A stretch of DNA of 64,000 bases, taken from positions 178,416 through 242,415 of the forward strand of contig CAWJKT010000014.1 of the NCBI GenBank assembly GCA_963843375.1, read 5' to 3'. A model generated the notes under the pieces. The model did no database searches. It was not told where the DNA came from and worked only from the letters and a program-made list of their open reading frames with translations. The stretch comes from an uncultured Pseudomonadota bacterium. Lineage in GTDB: Bacteria; Oederibacteriota; Muellerivitia; Muellerivitales; Muellerivitaceae. Below are positions 61,080 to 64,000 of the stretch, piece after piece. Position 1 is the first letter of the stretch, and each line of letters begins with the position of its first letter. The position numbers and the translations under genes were made by a program.

Positions 61080-64000
61080 TTGAATCTTCCTCGTGTTTAC
61101 ATTATTCCCCTTTTGGCTTTTTTTGTATTTTTCCTTCCACTTAAGCCAGCCTATTCTCAAGCGGGTCCACAAACTTTTTCAACTTGCCCGACTACTGATT
61201 ATGGCGAAGGGGATTTTAGCCCGATGTGCGACTTTCCTCCCACGGCCGAAACAGACAGTTGCGGTGGAAACGGGGTCGTTTCTTCTACCAGTGTTCAAAC
61301 TGAAGCCGTCAATCAGTTTTATGCCTATGGTGGGTCCGGTGTATCGGTCCTAACCTGCGGCGGAACTAATGGGCAGGGAAACACCACGATCACGATGAAT
61401 TGTGCCATCCCCGCAGACGCGACGGTCCAGGCTGCTTTCCTTGAAGTTGTTGAAAATTCCACCAGCAATAGCTGCAGTAGCAGCAACCTTACTTTCGTCT
61501 CTACCTCTGTGGCTGGAACTGAGGTGGGCCAGGGAAATTTTATGAATGATTGGTATGACGCGCGGTACGGAAATGATGCTAATTGGAATTGGCCCGAGTA
61601 TTACTGCGACGTTCGGTATTCGATACCGACCAATTTGATCACTCAAGGCACAACTGACGCCACTTACGCCCTGTCCAGTCTTCCCGCTGGAGCCCAATCG
61701 GAGTCCTTGGTAGTCGTCTATACCGTTCCAGCCTCTCCAAGTATTTGCAGTGCGGTGGCCTTGGCTGACGGACTTGACGTGTGGGATGATACGGATGGCG
61801 ATTTACTAAACGATGGAGTCATTCCATCCGGTTCAACCCTTGATTGGGGCTGCGTCGACAGCAGCCAGTCAGCCTGCGCGTCTAGTTCATTTTCTCTTTT
61901 TGGAGGTGGCCAAACCAGCGGTGGTTCAACCGAGGGAGTTACTTTTGACGATCAGTGGTTAAGCGCGCCAAGCGGTGGAACAACCTTGTCCTCAAATCCT
62001 GATTGTGGGTTCCAAAGCAATTGTGATACGGAGGAGGGCGGCGGGCCTTTTACATTTGAAACAACCGAAGGTATCCCTGCTTTTTCCGGAACCAACAAAG
62101 TCACATGGGCTTTGGGCAACGGAAATACCAGCCCTAAAGAAACTTATTGGGTGAATCTTATGGCGGCTTCTTGCGCCGCAACTTGTATTACTCCTACTCC
62201 CACGAACACACCGACGAACACGGTCACTCCTACCCCTACAATTACACCCACTAAGACTCCGACGCCAACACTTACTAACACCCCAACACCCACTCCGACG
62301 CTCACACCGACCAATACAGTAACCAATACGGATACTCTAACGCCGACGAACACATTGACTCCCACGCCAACGAATACCCCAACCCCTACTCGAACCAACA
62401 CTCCCACCAATACGCCGACTTTGACCCCGACTAATACGCCTACCAATACCATTACTCCAACCCCGACCAATACACCCACGAATACCCCTACCAATACGGA
62501 TACCCCAACGCCGACGAATACGCCTACTCCAACGCCTACCAATACGCCTAGCCCCACCCCTACCCGGACTCCTACCCCAACACCGACGAACACGCCGACT
62601 TTGACTCCCACCAATACGACTACAGCCACCACGACCAATACGCTGATGAATACCGCGACGAATACCGCCACCAACACGACGACCCCAACCGCGACGAATA
62701 CACCGACCCTGACCCGGACTAACACCCCTACCAATACCCCGACTATGACCCAGACGAATACACCGACGAATACGCCCACCAATACCCCGACCAACACACC
62801 GACGAATACGCCCACCAATACACCTACTCCAACGCCGACGAATACACCTACTCCAACCCCCACCAATACTCCCACGAACACACCAACGAATACACCTACT
62901 CCAACGCCCACCAATACTCCCACGAATACGCCAACTCATACACCCACACCCACTCCAACCAATACACTGGCTAATACTGCGACGAATACCCCGACCAACA
63001 CTCCTACCAATACCCCAACGAATACTGACACGAATACTCCCACCAATACGGTAACCCCTACGCCCACCTACACACCCACCAATACGCTGACCCCCACGCC
63101 CACGAATACTCCTACCAACACCCCGACGAATACCCCGACTATAACCCCCACGAATACGCCCACGAATTCACCGACTCCGACTAACACCTTTACCCAGACC
63201 AATACGCCGACCAATACCTTCACTTTGATCCCAACCGCAACCCCTACGAACACTCCACAGCCGACGGCCACGACAGGTGCTACCGTTGTGCCGGTGCCAA
63301 CTCTTACGCCAACCTCAACTATCACGCCACTTCCCACCAACACGACGACTTCCACGCCCCTATCCACCGCGACTTCCACGGCGACTTTGACCGCTACTAA
63401 TTCGAATACCCCCACCAATTCCACAACGAACACCCCTACCATCACTCAGACCAATACACTTACCAAAACCGACACCAATACACCCACCAATAGCCCGACT
63501 AGTACCACTACCAACACCGCCACAGCCACCATTACGATGACTCCGACGAATACCAATGTCATCACCCCGACCTACAGCAACACCCCCACGATTACCGACA
63601 GCTATACATCGACTAGCACCCCGACGAATACACCGACCAATACGCCCACGCTCACCCTGACGAATACGGCGACGAATACTTTCACCAGTACCACCACCTC
63701 CACGGCGACCAGCACACCCACGAACACCTTAGCCAACACCGCCACGAATACCGCCACCGCGACCGCGACTAACACGCTTCAAAATACCGCGACCAATACG
63801 GCGACGAATACTTCAACCGGAACGCCGACGAACACGCCTACCCTGACGCCGACTTTGTCATTGACGAATACCCCCACCGCCACCCCAACCAACACGCTTC
63901 AAAACACAGCTACCAATACCGCTACTAGCACCGCGACTGGCACGCCGACTAATACCCACACCTCCACCGCCACCTTTACTCTGACTAATACCGCCACAAA
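61080..64000 (+). CDS. Second giant Thr/Pro-stalk surface protein with a different Cys-rich head; runs off the window edge
   Basis: Manual translation from TTG 61080: [36 protein letters not shown]...[12 protein letters not shown]...[22 protein letters not shown]... The frame is consistent with the duplicated stalk. Absent from the ORF track because it has no stop inside the window. Confidence 0.85.
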   Translation, partial: MNLPRVYIIPLLAFFVFFLPLKPAYSQAGPQTFSTCPTTDYGEGDFSPMCDFPPTAETDSCGGNGVVSSTSVQTEAVNQFYAYGGSGVSVLTCGGTNGQGNTTITMNCAIPADATVQAAFLEVVENSTSNSCSSSNLTFVSTSVAGTEVGQGNFMNDWYDARYGNDANWNWPEYYCDVRYSIPTNLITQGTTDATYALSSLPAGAQSESLVVVYTVPASPSICSAVALADGLDVWDDTDGDLLNDGVIPSGSTLDWGCVDSSQSACASSSFSLFGGGQTSGGSTEGVTFDDQWLSAPSGGTTLSSNPDCGFQSNCDTEEGGGPFTFETTEGIPAFSGTNKVTWALGNGNTSPKETYWVNLMAASCAATCITPTPTNTPTNTVTPTPTITPTKTPTPTLTNTPTPTPTLTPTNTVTNTDTLTPTNTLTPTPTNTPTPTRTNTPTNTPTLTPTNTPTNTITPTPTNTPTNTPTNTDTPTPTNTPTPTPTNTPSPTPTRTPTPTPTNTPTLTPTNTTTATTTNTLMNTATNTATNTTTPTATNTPTLTRTNTPTNTPTMTQTNTPTNTPTNTPTNTPTNTPTNTPTPTPTNTPTPTPTNTPTNTPTNTPTPTPTNTPTNTPTHTPTPTPTNTLANTATNTPTNTPTNTPTNTDTNTPTNTVTPTPTYTPTNTLTPTPTNTPTNTPTNTPTITPTNTPTNSPTPTNTFTQTNTPTNTFTLIPTATPTNTPQPTATTGATVVPVPTLTPTSTITPLPTNTTTSTPLSTATSTATLTATNSNTPTNSTTNTPTITQTNTLTKTDTNTPTNSPTSTTTNTATATITMTPTNTNVITPTYSNTPTITDSYTSTSTPTNTPTNTPTLTLTNTATNTFTSTTTSTATSTPTNTLANTATNTATATATNTLQNTATNTATNTSTGTPTNTPTLTPTLSLTNTPTATPTNTLQNTATNTATSTATGTPTNTHTSTATFTLTNTAT
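62907..64000 (+). repeat. Direct repeat copy 2 (identical to 55866-56959)
   Basis: See copy 1; the match continues to the last base of the window. Confidence 0.9.

Noticed and set aside
61093..61697. Track ORFs 61093..61353 (+) and 61350..61697 (-)
   Set aside because: They are alternative-frame or antisense shadows of the long gene starting at 61080.
62144..63445. Val/Gly-rich minus-strand ORFs (also 27610..28149, 55418..56404 and plus-strand 37150..37587)
   Set aside because: They are antisense shadows of Thr/Pro stalk codons.
55866..64000. Diversity-generating retroelement template/variable repeat pair
   Set aside because: The copies appear identical rather than differing at adenines, they encode the stalk, and no reverse transcriptase is present in the window.

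Overview
This is a 64 kb gene-dense chromosomal window from a diderm (outer-membrane-bearing), polysaccharide-degrading bacterium. I saw no rRNA, tRNA, CRISPR array, phage or transposase. The window carries a near-complete xyloglucan/hemicellulose toolkit: GH44, two GH31, GH2, GH29, GH43 with a malectin-like module, a CE20/SASA-like esterase, a clan GH-A hydrolase and three sugar-binding lipoproteins. It has no SusC/D or TonB-dependent receptor. The most striking element is a six-gene operon at 37.9-47.4 kb. It encodes three tandem, related, large outer-membrane proteins (SLH-like N-terminus, coiled coil, beta-rich body ending in Phe, OmpM-like), bracketed by glycan-binding-like lipoproteins. 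I propose this as a candidate non-Sus glycan capture/uptake system. A second notable element is a pair of giant Thr/Pro-stalk surface proteins with unrelated Cys-rich heads and more than 1 kb of identical stalk DNA; the complete copy ends in FlgD-Ig/T9SS-CTD-like domains. Several genes are split by single-base indels, which are most likely sequencing or assembly errors. All family calls come from reading motifs by eye, not from database searches.
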